Assembly: GCF_006345805.1 (NCBI RefSeq)
Contig: NC_043018.1
Span: 27,590,001 to 27,654,000 of the forward strand
Origin: Octopus sinensis
Taxonomy: Eukaryota
Direction of reading: 5' to 3'
Length of the DNA stretch: 64,000 nucleotides
A program made the position numbers and the translations under genes. Of this stretch, positions 11,585 to 24,259 are shown one piece after another (the first letter of the stretch is position 1; each line of letters opens with the position of its first letter). The notes beneath the pieces were generated by a model that was given only the letters and a program-made list of their open reading frames with translations, did not search any database and was not told the origin of the DNA.

Positions 11585-11910
11585 AAGACCCCCTTCGGTC
11601 ATGAATGACCATGGGATTGAACCTAGAAAGTTACCCTCCTAGACACAAGTCCGGGCAAGGTTGTTTATGGAAGGCTAGCAGTCGCCCATGCATACCAGCC
11701 TCCCCTCTCCACGCCACCAGTGTTATCCAAGGGAAAGACAAAGGCCGATACAGCTTGGCACCAGTGACGTCGCAACTCATTTCTACAGCTGAGGGAACTG
11801 GAGCAACGTGAAATAAAGTGCCTTGCTCAAGAACACAACACACAGCTCGGTCCGAGATTCGAGCTCACAACCTCACGATCGTAAGCCCGACGCTCTAACC
11901 ACCGAGCCAT
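11585..11910 (-). mobile_element. tRNA-derived SINE family D (CORE-like middle); related pieces 21340-21620, 29920-30190, 31340-31660
   Basis: Minus-strand head ATGGCTCGGTGGTTAGAGCGTCGG...CTCGAATCTC, then GTGTTCTTGAGCAAGGCACTTTATTTCACG. Confidence 0.75.
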
Positions 11911-12060
11911 ATATATACATATTTATATGCATTAAAGACTTTTTCACTTCCCGAGCGTTATACTAATACATCTGTTTGTTGTCTACAGAATCGGTCTTCG
12001 TCTTTTGAATTTTTTTGTGAATTCTCCACCTATCTATCTATCTATCTATCTATCTATCTG

Positions 12061-12141
<81 letters not shown>

Positions 12142-12239
12142 TATATATATACACACACAGGGTACGGTGAAGAAACTGTTGTCTAAATTACATATATAAC
12201 TGTTTATATCTCTATCACTATGTTATATTTATTCTTTGA

Positions 12240-12438
12240 CTCTTATTTGTTTCAGTCATTTGACTGCGACCATACTGGAGTACAGTCTTTAGTCGAACAG
12301 ATCGATTCCAGGACTCATTCTTTGTATGCCTAGTACTTATTCTATCGGTCTCTTTTCCCGAACCGTTAAGTTACGTGGACGTAAGCACACAAGATCGGTT
12401 GCCAAACGAATGTGGGGCGACAAAGACAGACACACAAA

Positions 12439-12470
<32 letters not shown>

Positions 12471-12660
12471 TACACATACATATATGTATATATATATATA
12501 TATATATATACAATGGGCTTTCCGTCTACCAAATCCACTCACGTGGGTTTGGTCGACCCGAGGCTATAGTAGAAAATACTCGCCCAAGTGCCACACAGTG
12601 GGACTGAACCGGCACCATGTAGTTGGTAAGCAATCTACTTACCACATAGCCACTCCTGAA
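12240..12660 (-). mobile_element. SINE family A
   Basis: Homology to other copies in the window. Confidence 0.8.
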
Positions 12661-12749
12661 CCTATATTTGTCCATGTACTTTTTATATTGTTACTTATGC
12701 TTTTGAGCATATTCATTTTGTAATTTGTGTGGGGAGGCTACAACTGATG

Positions 12750-13672
12750 TGGTGCGTGGTTAGGCTATTACCGGCATGATTGTAAGTGGGGAGGCCCTTA
12801 CTGGGCCAAATGTTGGCCTTCACAAAATATGGCACCTTCTCACCAAGGGAGGCTTGTGTTGCTTTTGACCCATGGTGCACAATCCTGGATAAGCACCATA
12901 TAGTCAAACCCAAACTTCTGATCTATCCAAGGTAACAGTGAGTTCTTCGGGATGCCCAGATGCTCTTTTGTGCCGATCGTCAAATACCATCACAGAGACA
13001 GGATTCTTAGTTTTAAGCACAGTTAGAAGTGTTGTATGCAATCTCTCGAGAAATTCAGCAATTCGCCCCTGCGTTCACAGTGAACTTCTCGTTCACAAAC
13101 ACGTGAGTTTTTCCTTCTCCTTGATGCCTGTTGAATGACAAAAAGCTTTGGGCATCTCTGATTGCTTTAGCCGTGGCTGTTAGGGGATGAGGGCGTCGTG
13201 GAACATAGCTAGTCAAGCCAAGTTTCCTGTTCACAGCTCTGGACAATGGAAAGGGACACATTGCGTTTCTTTGCAAGATTTGTTAAGGATGCGGATGGGT
13301 TGGGTTCGATCGAGCGTTTGAGGCCAACGAGAAGCTTAGGATTGTGCCCGGAATCACTTCGAGTCCTGTATTCTTTTCTATCAATTTTTCCTTCTTCTTT
13401 AAATTGTTTATACACACGATAAACTTTTGGTTCTGGAAGTTTCATCAACTTAACAATTTTATTGGCAGTGTGCAAAACAAGCGCCAAAGCAATAATGGTA
13501 GGGCGATTCTATTGTTCCGTGAATTACTTTTGTCGAATCAGTTCGCTATTTACTTGAAAAATAAAGAGGAGGGTTAGATTTTCAAGCAAGCAAAAGCATT
13601 GTCAAAAAATATAATGTTAGAGCCACTAAGTCAAATGGTCAAAATTGGTCACAATTTATCAGCAAGATCCTG
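12750..13672 (-). mobile_element. Decayed Tc1/mariner-superfamily (possibly DD37D/maT-like) transposon
   Basis: HTH-like KVYRVYKQFKEEGKIDRK..RSDSG, HVFVNEKFTVNA, HGSKATQASLGEKVPYFVKANIWPS. Terminus TA-CAGGATCTTGCTG at ~13672. Confidence 0.7.
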
Positions 13673-13689
13673 TATATATATATATTAAT

Positions 13690-14010
13690 AATAGAGTTTT
13701 TTATAAGTAAATTTTTATTTAGATTATATAGATTATTTATATCTTTAAAATATTGATTATATTTTAGGTTTTGAAACCACCTGAAGAATGTCTCATAGAA
13801 GTGCTGACACGAAACAATCGTAGTGGTTATTTTAATTATATTTAATTTTATAAATTTCTTTATGTATTGGCTTAAGTCTTTCTTTGTTTGATTGCATAAT
13901 AGTGGTTTTGTCTCTAATAATATAATATAATATTTTACTATAAAATGGATTCAATCCTAAATCTGATTTTCCCTGTAAATTTGGATTTATTCCCTAATAT
14001 TATTATTATA
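13690..14010 (+). mobile_element. AT-rich PLE-like fragment with minimal HHR at 13775-13828; related partial copy ~59850-59970 (-)
   Basis: AACCAC CUGAAGA AUGUC...GACAC GAAAC AAUC GUA GUGGUU: 6-bp helix I, with an A at 10.1 opposite C11.1 (mismatch). Confidence 0.65.
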
Positions 14011-14076
14011 TATAATATATATTATATACATATATGTATATATATAATGTAATATATATATACATACATACATACA

Positions 14077-14109
<33 letters not shown>

Positions 14110-14190
14110 TATATATATATATATATATATACGTTTAAATATTTGTTGTGCAAGATTTTTTATGTGAAGTCGTGTGTTGAAACAGATTTC

Positions 14191-14506
14191 GTGTTATTTT
14201 GCTTCAGTTTTATTTATTTTTTACATTAATCTTAATCTTATTTCGGTCAGAGTTCTTTCGTCACACTCCTGTGACCGCATCAGTGGTCCTTTGTTTTTCT
14301 TTCTTATTTGTGTCTCTCCTTACTAACCGTCAGCCATTTTGTATTTCAAAATGGAAATACAAAATGGCTGACGGTTAGTAAGGAGAGACACAAAGAAGAA
14401 AACAAAGGACCACTGATGCGGCCACAGGAGTGTGACGAAAGTACTCTGGCCGAAATAAGATTAAGATTAATGTAAAAAATAAATAAACACTGAAGAAAAA
14501 TAACAC
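14191..14506. repeat. ~155-bp-arm palindrome (6-nt loop 14348-14353) with mirrored HHR-like motifs at 14407-14451 (+) and 14245-14289 (-)
   Basis: Arms are reverse complements with few mismatches. Motif CCA CUGAUG CG GUCAC-AGGAGU-GUGAC GAA AGUACU C UGG. Confidence 0.8.
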
Positions 14507-14568
14507 CAAATATATAGTGCGTGTTTTTATGGCTAAACTGGCAAAATGACCATTCCGAAATATAACAA

Positions 14569-14650
<82 letters not shown>

Positions 14651-14854
14651 TGCAGCACGGATTTTTGTCAGTGAACAGGTCGCGGATTTTAGCGACGAAA
14701 ATATTTGACAAATTAAACTAAATGTTGAAGTGAATCGAATGGCTTTTGTGTGTTTCTTAAATGGCTTATAAACACCTTCCACGCTGCAATCAATGTGTTT
14801 TCGTTTCAGCACATGATCTCAGATCGAATTACTTGCTATGCGAGTACATCTCCG

Positions 14855-14892
<38 letters not shown>

Positions 14893-15572
14893 TTATTATA
14901 TATAATATATATTATATATATATATATATATTCATACATAAAATATATTGATTTTTTTCCCTCTGTCTTCCTTTCTCTGGATCTTTCCTTCTCCTATGAT
15001 TCCGACGAAGAGCTCCGCTTGAAACGTTAAACCCTCCTTCTTTCCTTCTTTCCTGAGCGTCTAATAATACTATATTTGTTCCACGTCCTCGCGTTGTTGT
15101 GTTTTTTTGTGCTTTCTTGTTTGGATTAACTATATATATATACATATACACACTCACACGCATATATTCTGTGCACTCCGTCGGTTACGACGATGTGGCT
15201 TCCAGTTGATCCGATCAACGGAACAGCCTGCTCGGGAAATTAACGTGCAAATAGCTCAGCACTCCACAGATACGTGTACCTTTTACGTAATTTTCAGGGA
15301 GATTCAGCATGATACAGAGTGTGACTAGGCTGGCCCTTCCAAATACATGTACAACAGAAACAGGAAGAGTGAAAGTTGTGGTGAAAGAGTATAGCTGGGT
15401 TGGCCAACCCACCCCCTGCCGAAGCCTCGTGGAGCTTTATATGTTTTGGAAATCGAAACCGTGATTGCAGGTCCGCTGCCCTAACCACTGGGCAATTGCG
15501 CCTACATACATACATACATACATACATACATACATACATACACACACACACATACATACATACATACATACA

Positions 15573-15604
<32 letters not shown>

Positions 15605-15920
15605 CACATACATACATATTTACACACATACATACATACATTTATATATACATATATATATATAAGTTCAGCAAAAATTTAGATTCAAATGAATATGGTA
15701 CTTAATTTAGATGCACCAGAATTCTGTATGGTGTTATCCATAAAAATCCATGGGGTGATTATAATGAAAATAAGCAACAAGAATGACTCCGGAGTCATTC
15801 TTGTTGCTTATTTGAGCATATATATATATACATACATATATATATATATATAATATATATTATATATATTATATATTATATATAATATATATATATATAT
15901 TATATATATATATATATATA

Positions 15921-16320
15921 TAGGCGCAGGAGTGGGTGTGTGGTAAGTAGCTTGCTAACCAGCCACATGGTTCCGTGTTCAGTCCCACTGCGTGGCATCT
16001 TGGGCAGTGTCTTCTGCTGTAGCTCCGGGCCGACCAATGCCTTGTGAGTGGATTTGGTAGACAGAAACTGAAAGAAGCCTGTCGTATATATGTATATGTA
16101 TGTGTGTGTGTTTGTGTGTCTGTGTTTGTCCCCCTAGCATTGCTTGACAACTGATGCTGGTGTGTTTGCGTCCCCGTCACTTGGCGGTTCGGCAATAACT
16201 GGGCTTACAAAGAATAATATATATAAAAATCCCGGGGTCGATTTGCTCGACTGAAGGCGGTGCTCCAGCATGGCAGCAGTCAATGACTGAAACAAGTAAA
16301 GAGTAAAACAAGTAAAAGAG
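15921..16320 (+). mobile_element. SINE family A
   Basis: Homology to other copies. Confidence 0.85.
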
Positions 16321-16353
<33 letters not shown>

Positions 16354-17060
16354 TATATATACACACATACATACATATTACATACATATACATATATATA
16401 TATATATATATTTACACATACATACAGTGTATGTATGTATGTGTGTATGTATGTATGTATGTATGTATGTACGTATATATGTGCTCACGTCTTCGTGCTT
16501 GTGTCTGACTCCTACTACTGCTGGGCAACCGCTGTAAGTTCGTTTCACTTGCTGCAAGTTATCCGCTCGACAAAAGATCCCATAGAATATGTATTCAACT
16601 GAAAAATGTATCAGGTTCGATCTATTCCACGCAGTCTCTTGAAGGTTGAGCCAAATATCACCCGCTCTCCGATGAATAGAGACCGTAAAAGTTAAAAGAT
16701 AAGGTTATGGAAATTATAGTTGGCTAAACACATGACTCTTATACAAAGATTACTCGAAATTATATCCTTCATTATCATCATATGTAACAGCTTATATCAC
16801 AGGTCAAACGCTATCTTTAATATCGCATGTTAGCGCTGATATGTGTATGCGTTTCTTCGTGTGTGTGTGTGTATGAGTTTGTGTGCATGCATTTGCATAT
16901 GTGCGTTTGCTCGTATATATGTGTACCAGTTCAGTAAGTGTGTAAGCTTTATTTGTCTGTCTACAGGGGAACATTTATCTTACACGCATGCGCCAATGTA
17001 CTTGGATGCGTGATTTTTCGAGAACCTTTCTTTGCTCTCCTTCTCACTTTCTCTCTTTCT

Positions 17061-17096
<36 letters not shown>

Positions 17097-17584
17097 ACAC
17101 ACACGCACGCACTTGCACGCTCTCTTTCTCACCCACCAACTCTATTTCCCCTTTCCCCACTAACCACCACAACCAACACCAACACCACTACCATCACTGT
17201 CACCACAGCTACTAGCACCACCACCGTCACCGCCGTCACCACCCCCACCACCATCACCACCGCCGTCGCCACCGCCGCCACCGCCGCCACCACCTCCACC
17301 ACCAGGTTACCTATCGTATTCTAAGTGTAACGCTATCAGCCTGAAGTAGCTTAAATCACCTTTTGATTCTGACAACCTCTTTTACATGCGGAATTTCTAT
17401 AAACACACCAACACCCCCACCTTCATCTCTCTCACACCCAAATCTCTCTCCCCCTTTCTCGTTTTCCCTCAGCCTATATCTAAAACTCACTTTTCTTTTT
17501 CTTTGTGTATGCAAATATATGTGTATGTATGTATGCATGCATATCAATCTCTCTCTCTCTCTCTCCACACACACACACACATAC

Positions 17585-17648
<64 letters not shown>

Positions 17649-17909
17649 GTATATATACACATGTATATGCAGGTACTTATAGATACACATATATCTATCT
17701 ATCTGTATGTATGCATATATATGAGTAGATATGTGTATACACACACACGTGTGCTTTTTATATGTGTGTGTGCGTGTGTGTGCGTGTGTGTGTGCGTGTG
17801 TGTATATATATATATATGTATGTATATATATATATACACACTTACATAACCCAGTCTTTCCTAGTGTCCTGCATGTAGATATACCTAGATTCTGAAGAAT
17901 AATCCTGCA

Positions 17910-18130
17910 ACAGATGAATATGACATGATACGATATGATATGATATAAGAAATGATATGATATTATATGATATAAGATATGATATGATGTGATTTGATAC
18001 GATATGATTTGATATAAGATAAGACATGATATGACCCGATATGATATGATAGGACATGATATAACAGGATATGAAATATATGTTATGATACATCGCATGT
18101 CATATCATATGATATATAAGATATGATATC
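17910..18130. repeat. (ATATG)n pentanucleotide microsatellite
   Basis: Direct inspection. Confidence 0.9.
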
Positions 18131-18289
18131 ATTTATGTATGTATATATGTATATATGTATTCATGTATGTATGTATGTATGTATGTATGTATGTATGTAT
18201 GTATGTATGTATGTATGTATGTATGTATGTATGCATATCTGCATGCATGTATGTATGTATATACGTATGTATGTACGTACGTTCATATC

Positions 18290-18525
18290 AGTTTTGAATT
18301 ATTTTAATTCCTTCTTCGGAGAAGAATCTGGTTTCTAACAAAGATACAAGGCTCCGTCGTTGGCATGTAGATAACGAAAACAATGTCATATTTTAAACTT
18401 AGGAAAAGTTTTGCATAATTTTACTGTTCCACTTACAGTTTGTTTGCAATGTGCGAGTCGGCTGATTTCTTTTCCTAAAATTCCAAGATTATCCAGATTA
18501 ACAGTTAGGGATTTACTTATAAGAC
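18290..18525 (-). mobile_element. Second R4/Dong-like 3' end fragment
   Basis: LTVNLDNLGILGKEI...QTVSGTVKLCKTFPKFKI* aligns to the C-terminus of the 7.4-8.0 kb copy. 3' UTR motif GGAGCCTTG...GTTAGAAACC is shared. Confidence 0.65.
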
Positions 18526-18573
18526 TAAAATATGTATGCGCAGGAGTGGCTGTGTGGTAAGTAGCTTGCTTAC

Positions 18574-20524
18574 TTCCGGTTACCCAGAATGCAACACTAG
18601 TTGTTACAGTGAGAAGACGCGAGTTTTGGCTCCGTGAATGGAAAAAGAACAAAAAGGAAAATTGTCAATTATGTCTCGTTATAGCGAGAAAAAATATTGT
18701 TCTCATCACCATAACAGTGAATTGAGAATTTTTGTTTGAAAATTCTTTGGTGTGGCTTTTTTATCGTCAAATAATTTTCAAATTCTAGAGGGCGTATCTC
18801 GCTAGAAAAAGTGGAATTTACCGAACTTCAAGAATAACCCCGACTATTGGATTACCTGTTGGAGTATTAAACAAAGGATTCCCTGTCTGTTCTATTTGTG
18901 AGGTTTTTCTTATATTTTTCCCTTCTTCCATTTTTTCTTTCTTTCAAAATTTTGGTTCATTCTTTTCATTATTTTAATTTCAGTTTCTCTTTTATTTTGT
19001 TTTACTTCTATTTTTATTTGGTTTTAATTTTTTGGCGGACTGTTTATTAAACTACTTTTGAACTGCTTTTTTGGACATGGCATAGAAGGAACTTAGAAAA
19101 AAGTTTTAAAAGCAGTGGTTAAAAGTTATGGATGAGAGGTCGGTGGTGGTTAGATCTTATTCTAAAGTTCTTGATTCCATCACCGTCTTCCCAAATCCAT
19201 TTATAGAGAATGAACTGAAAAACTATTGGTCCTCTATGGAATACATATTCCGTGGTGTCAAACATGCAACCGTACGGTTGCTGTTTGACAACCATCGTAC
19301 TGCGGGAAGAAATTAATAAGAGTCTGGGTATCTGGGTTGCCTCCAGGCACCGAGGAGGGTTGGATTGAAGATACCACTGACGGGAACTGGGGGATAGCGG
19401 GCCGAGGCTCTTAAATGTAAGGGTATTGCCGGCGGTCGATTGGGAAGGGTCAAAAACGATTTTCACCCTGTGGACCCCATCGGCTGCAACAGATCTGGTC
19501 TTTCCAGATTTTTTTAAATGGCTGGCTGCAGGTATCCGGTGATACTTGAGGGACGTCCCCCTAAGTGTCACTCGTGCCTGCAGCCAGGACACATTAAAAA
19601 TAACTGCCCCCCAGAACCATGGTAAGGTCCTGGAACAGTCACTGGATGCCACTTCTCCTACATCCCAAGGAGAAGTGGATGTGGTTGCCTCCTCAACCCA
19701 AGAAGGATTAAAAAGAAGAAGGCGGGCAACAATATTTGCCTGCCGAAGGACCCTAAGGCTTCGGGAGGTGGGGGAGATACTCCAGACAAAGCGGAAGAGC
19801 TCCACTCTCCCGAAGTCAGGAAGAAAAGAAAAGAAAGAAAGAAGAACGTGTCATCGCAGGAGGGAGATGATGTGCTGTCTGCATGTCCCGAAGTTGTGCC
19901 ACCCGCGGTAGAAGAAACGCCCCCACCCTTAAAGATGATGAATTAATTATCTTTTTCTACAAGGGCGGGGAGGTGGAAAAATAGTAGAAGATCATAAAGA
20001 GACAGTAGATATGCCCTTCACACGAGATCCCAAATGGCCCCCCGCAGATAGCTGTGGAGGTCATAAGGTTTCCCTTGTGGGAAAGGCTTAAAGGATTTGG
20101 GGAGGATTGACGCATATGGCCGGGTGGCCCTTGCACGACTTACATGCCGTACATGAGTGAGACATGGGAAATGGCAGGATACAGGAACTCAAGCGGCATT
20201 AAGATAATGATGAATATATCGATGGATATATTGATGAGTAGGAGGTGAAAAAACCTCGTTAGAGAGTTTGAAGCCTCATCTTATTGTATTATTTGTAGTG
20301 GTTTATAACCTCAATTGTGTGTTTAAAAAAATATGTTAAGAAAGAGGTTTTAGTGCCTCCTTCTTGTAAAAGGTTTGAAACCTCATATTGATTTTTTTTT
20401 TAAAAATATGTTTTCGAGAAAAATCCAAACGGCGGGTGTTGGGTTTCGTCTCTCATTTATTCATTTTATTTCATTATCATTCATTAAAACTTTGTACTGT
20501 CTATATGACAAATTTTATGAAATA
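18574..20524 (+). mobile_element. 1.95-kb ORF1-only (HAL1-like) non-LTR retroelement inserted in a SINE, 15-bp TSD
   Basis: TSD AAGTAGCTTGCTTAC at 18559-18573 and 20525-20539, with SINE halves contiguous across it. 3' end ...ATGAAATAAA. No RT or EN motifs seen. Confidence 0.8.
19077..19911 (+). pseudogene. Decayed gag-like ORF1 with RRM-like segment and CCHC zinc knuckle
   Basis: MA*KELRKKF*KQWLKVMDERSVVVRSY...; RVWVSGLPPGTEEGWI; LEGRPPKCHSCLQPGHIKNNCP (C-x2-C-x4-H-x4-C at 19566-19607). Stops and frameshifts present. Confidence 0.8.
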
Positions 20525-21792
20525 AAGTAGCTTGCTTACCAACCATATAATTCCGGGTTCAGTCTCACTGCGTGGCACCTTGGGCAACAGTCTTCTACTT
20601 TATCCTCGTGCCGACCAAAGCCTTGTGAGTGGATTTGGTAGACGGAAACTGAAAGAAGCCCGTCGTATATATATATATGTATGTATGTGTGTGTTTATAT
20701 GTTTGTGTGTCTGTGTTTGTCCCCTCAACATCGCTTGACAACCGATGCTGGTGTGTTTACATCCCCATAACTTAGCAGTTTGGCGAAGAAGACCGATAGA
20801 ATAAGTACTAGGCTTACAAAGAATAAGTCCTGGGGTCGATTTGCTCGACTAAAAGGCGGAGCTCCAGCATGGCTACAGTCAAATGACTGAAACAAGTAAA
20901 AGAGTATGTATGTATGTATGTATGTATGTATGTATGTATGTATGTATGAATGTATGTATGTATTTATGTATGTATGTATGTATGTATGTATGCATGTATC
21001 ACTGATAACGTGACACATTTGGTATTTACCTGATACCAAACCGGCCCTAAATTCAGCAAAAGTATGTTTAAAGGCTAAGCACTATTCAATTATTTTACAG
21101 ATAATTAAAGTGCCGGTCTGGCAGAATCGCTAGCACGCCAGATACAGTGTTTAGTGGTATCTCGTCCATCTTCACGTTCAAATTCCACCGACACTGACCT
21201 TGCCTTTAATCTTTTTGGGGTCGATGAAATAAGTGCTATGTCGTTGTAATCGATTAGCCCCCATCTTTACCAAAATCTAAGGTCATGTGCCTTTAGTAGA
21301 AATGATTATTTTAGAGGTTGTTGTGACTACAGCTAACGGCTCCTCGCTTAGAGGCCAGAGTATTCAGCTCACGATCATGAGTTCGATTCTCGGCGGTGCG
21401 CTGTGTCCTTGAGGAAGGTACTTTACTTAGCGTTACTCCAGTTCACTCAGCTAGCAAAACCCAGTTTTACCTGTAGTTGAATGTGCGAGCCTTGTCCTGG
21501 TCGATGAATCTCCCTCACAACTACGTTGAGGGAACCAGTGTGTATAGAGTGCTTAGCCATGTGCACTTTAATTTCACGAGCGGATTCTTCCGTTGATCGA
21601 ATTACATAGAACGCTTGTCGTCGTAAATGTTGGAGATCCTTAAAATGACTGCACTTGCAACCCCAACCTTCTAGATGCTGGTGGTCGGGAATTTCTTAAA
21701 ATCTGCTCTAATTTACAAGGATAAACTTCAAATTCCTGCAGCCCCAAACTTGTTTATTGGTACTTTATCCAGTATTTATAAACCCGTTTCAT

Positions 21793-22190
21793 AAGGCGGT
21801 GAGCTGGCAGAAACTTTAGCACGCCAGGCGAAATGTTTAGCGGTATTTCGTCTGTCGTTACGTTCTGAGTTCAAATTCCGCCGAGGTCGACTTTGCCTTT
21901 CATCCTTTCAGAGGATTAAATAAGTACCAGTTACGCACTGGGATCGATATAACCAACTTAATCTGTTTGCCTGTCCTTGTTTGTCCTCTCTGTGTTTAGC
22001 TCCTTGTGGGTAGTAAAGAAATAGGTATTTCGTCTGTCTTTACGTTCTGAGTTCGAATTCTGCCGAGGTCGACTTTACCTTTCATCCTTTCGAGTTCGAT
22101 AAATTAAATACCAGTTACGAACTGGGTCGATCTAATCGACTGGCTCCCTTCCCAAAATTTCGGGCCTTGTGCCTAGAGTAGAAAAGAATA
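21793..22190 (+). mobile_element. SINE family C with internal duplication; other copies 9895-10100, 21105-21300, 26815-27050 (-), 48415-48730, 50680-50990 (-), 62860-62950 (-), 63720-63856 (-)
   Basis: Recurrent GGCGGCGAGCTGGCAGAA..GTTAGCACGCCGGGCGAAATGCTTAG...GAGTTCAAATTCCGCCGAGGTCGACTTTGCC. Confidence 0.8.
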
Positions 22191-22814
22191 TTTGTTTAAT
22201 TTAGAAGAGTGTCTGGAAAATCAGTAATCCGGAATCGCTTAAGAAGGAAAGGTTTCGGAGATCGATATTGTACCTAGTTATCTGTACATTATTCAATGCA
22301 AACTGCTTATTCAAAATGGTAGAGCCTGTTTGGAGAGACACGTGTCTGCTGCTTCTAGCACATCAGCAGATCACACAAAGGTTACGTATTTACAGTTGAA
22401 GTTCTATGATTAAAGACACTCCAGAGTTGACCATCCCATTTAGTTTCAAGAATAGTGTATCCAGAATATCCTCATTCAATGTATCCTACATTTTAGACGA
22501 GAATAGTGCATAATTTTGAGGGCATATTTAGCTAGTATTGCTAAAATCTCGAGCAACTACGTATATATGCTTGGTTTCTGGCTTGTAGTTAATAAACTTC
22601 ATATTTTGGTCCTCCATGTCTCTCCATTGGGAAGCGGGAAAGAACACGATATGAGGTTCCCCGCTGCAATCAGGAACCGTCAAGAACCAATTACTCATCA
22701 CCCATCACCACTAGCAACCCCTATATACTACCATTACCCCTCCCTACTCCGGTTATATGTGCTCAGCTGAGTCAGAAGAAATGAATAAATTAATTAACAA
22801 CGCTGACCTTCTCT

Positions 22815-22870
22815 ATCTGTCCCGCCCTTCCGGTTTCGAAGATAAAAATGGCGGTAGAGAGGAGTAGACG
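22815..22870 (+). promoter_or_regulatory. CpG-rich promoter-like motif cluster (GC box, ETS, YY1-like)
   Basis: CCCGCCC-TTCCGG-TTTCGAAGAT-AAAATGGCGG in non-repetitive sequence. Confidence 0.35.
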
Positions 22871-22974
22871 GCGGCATGCCTTAGACTGGCTACGGGCATG
22901 GCCTTTACACTTAAGAATGAATCATCCATGCATCATAGACGCAGTCACGTGTAGAAACACTTCTCTCTTTCTCC

Positions 22975-23005
<31 letters not shown>

Positions 23006-23205
23006 TTTCTCTCTCTCTCTTTCTCTCTCTCTCTTCCTCTTTTCTCTCTCTTTCGCTTTCACTTTCTTTTTCTCTCTCTCCCTCCCTCTCACCCTCTCAC
23101 TCTCTTCCCGCGTACACACACACACGTGCACAAACATAAGATCACTCACCAACATCTTACATATATACTCACACCCAAAAACCATACACACACAAATAAA
23201 TACAA

Positions 23206-23253
<48 letters not shown>

Positions 23254-23729
23254 ACACACAAGCACCGATATGTGCATTAATAACAAACGAATCGACTAAA
23301 ATCTATATTTAGGTGGGGGCGGAGTTAGAATACGTAATGCCCAATTTTATGCACTTACATCTATATATTCACACGTCTGTCTATGTGCCTGTGTGTGTGT
23401 GTGTAACCGGTGTCGATGTGTTTACGTCCTGTAATATAGCGGTTCGGGGAAAGAGACTGATAGTACAAGTACCAAGCTTTAAAAGAAATAATTACTGGGG
23501 TCGATTCTTTCGAGGTATTGCTCCAGCATGGATGTAGTCTAATGACTGAAACCAATAAAAGAATAAAATCTCTTGTCTTTCATTTATATAAATCACTGGG
23601 TTACATCTATAGTGGGGCACCACCTTGAAAGGGTTTCGGGTCGAATAAATCACACCAAACCGCTGAGTTACAGGAAACAAACCGTGACCGGTTGTTAGAC
23701 TAGAGGATGGCCAAATATAGATACAAAGA

Positions 23730-23762
<33 letters not shown>

Positions 23763-24259
23763 GCACATACACACGCACATGCACAGACATATTCACACAC
23801 ACATATGTGTATATGCATGTACATGAAAGGGTTTCACTCAGCCTCTTTCGAAATTCACGCAAAAGGTTCGGTCGGTTTGAGTTTCTAGCAGAAGACACAT
23901 ACGGCAGGTGCTGCACGGTGGTACTAAACTCGAGACCATGTTTTTGCCAAGCGGGCTGCTTTATCACACGTCCACATACAGACGTGCACGTACTGACGAG
24001 CTTTTAAGCTAGAAACATGTCACCATTAATTACGAAAGAAATAGAAAACCGGTTTTATGAGTTATTATGCATGCGAATAAATATTAGGCCATTACGAATG
24101 AAACGTCCGATTTTGAACTAAAAGTTTATTTTATTTTTATCTTAACAAAAAGCAATGCAGTTAATCAAAGTATGCACCTAAATTATCAACACAATTTTGC
24201 CATTTTATTGGTTGCATATTTATACCAGTAGTGAAGAATTCTGGAGAACAAGAGGTAAT

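Larger units (their letters stand above)
18538..20905 (+). mobile_element. SINE family A interrupted by the HAL1-like element
   Basis: Head 18538-18573, remainder 20525-20905. Confidence 0.85.
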
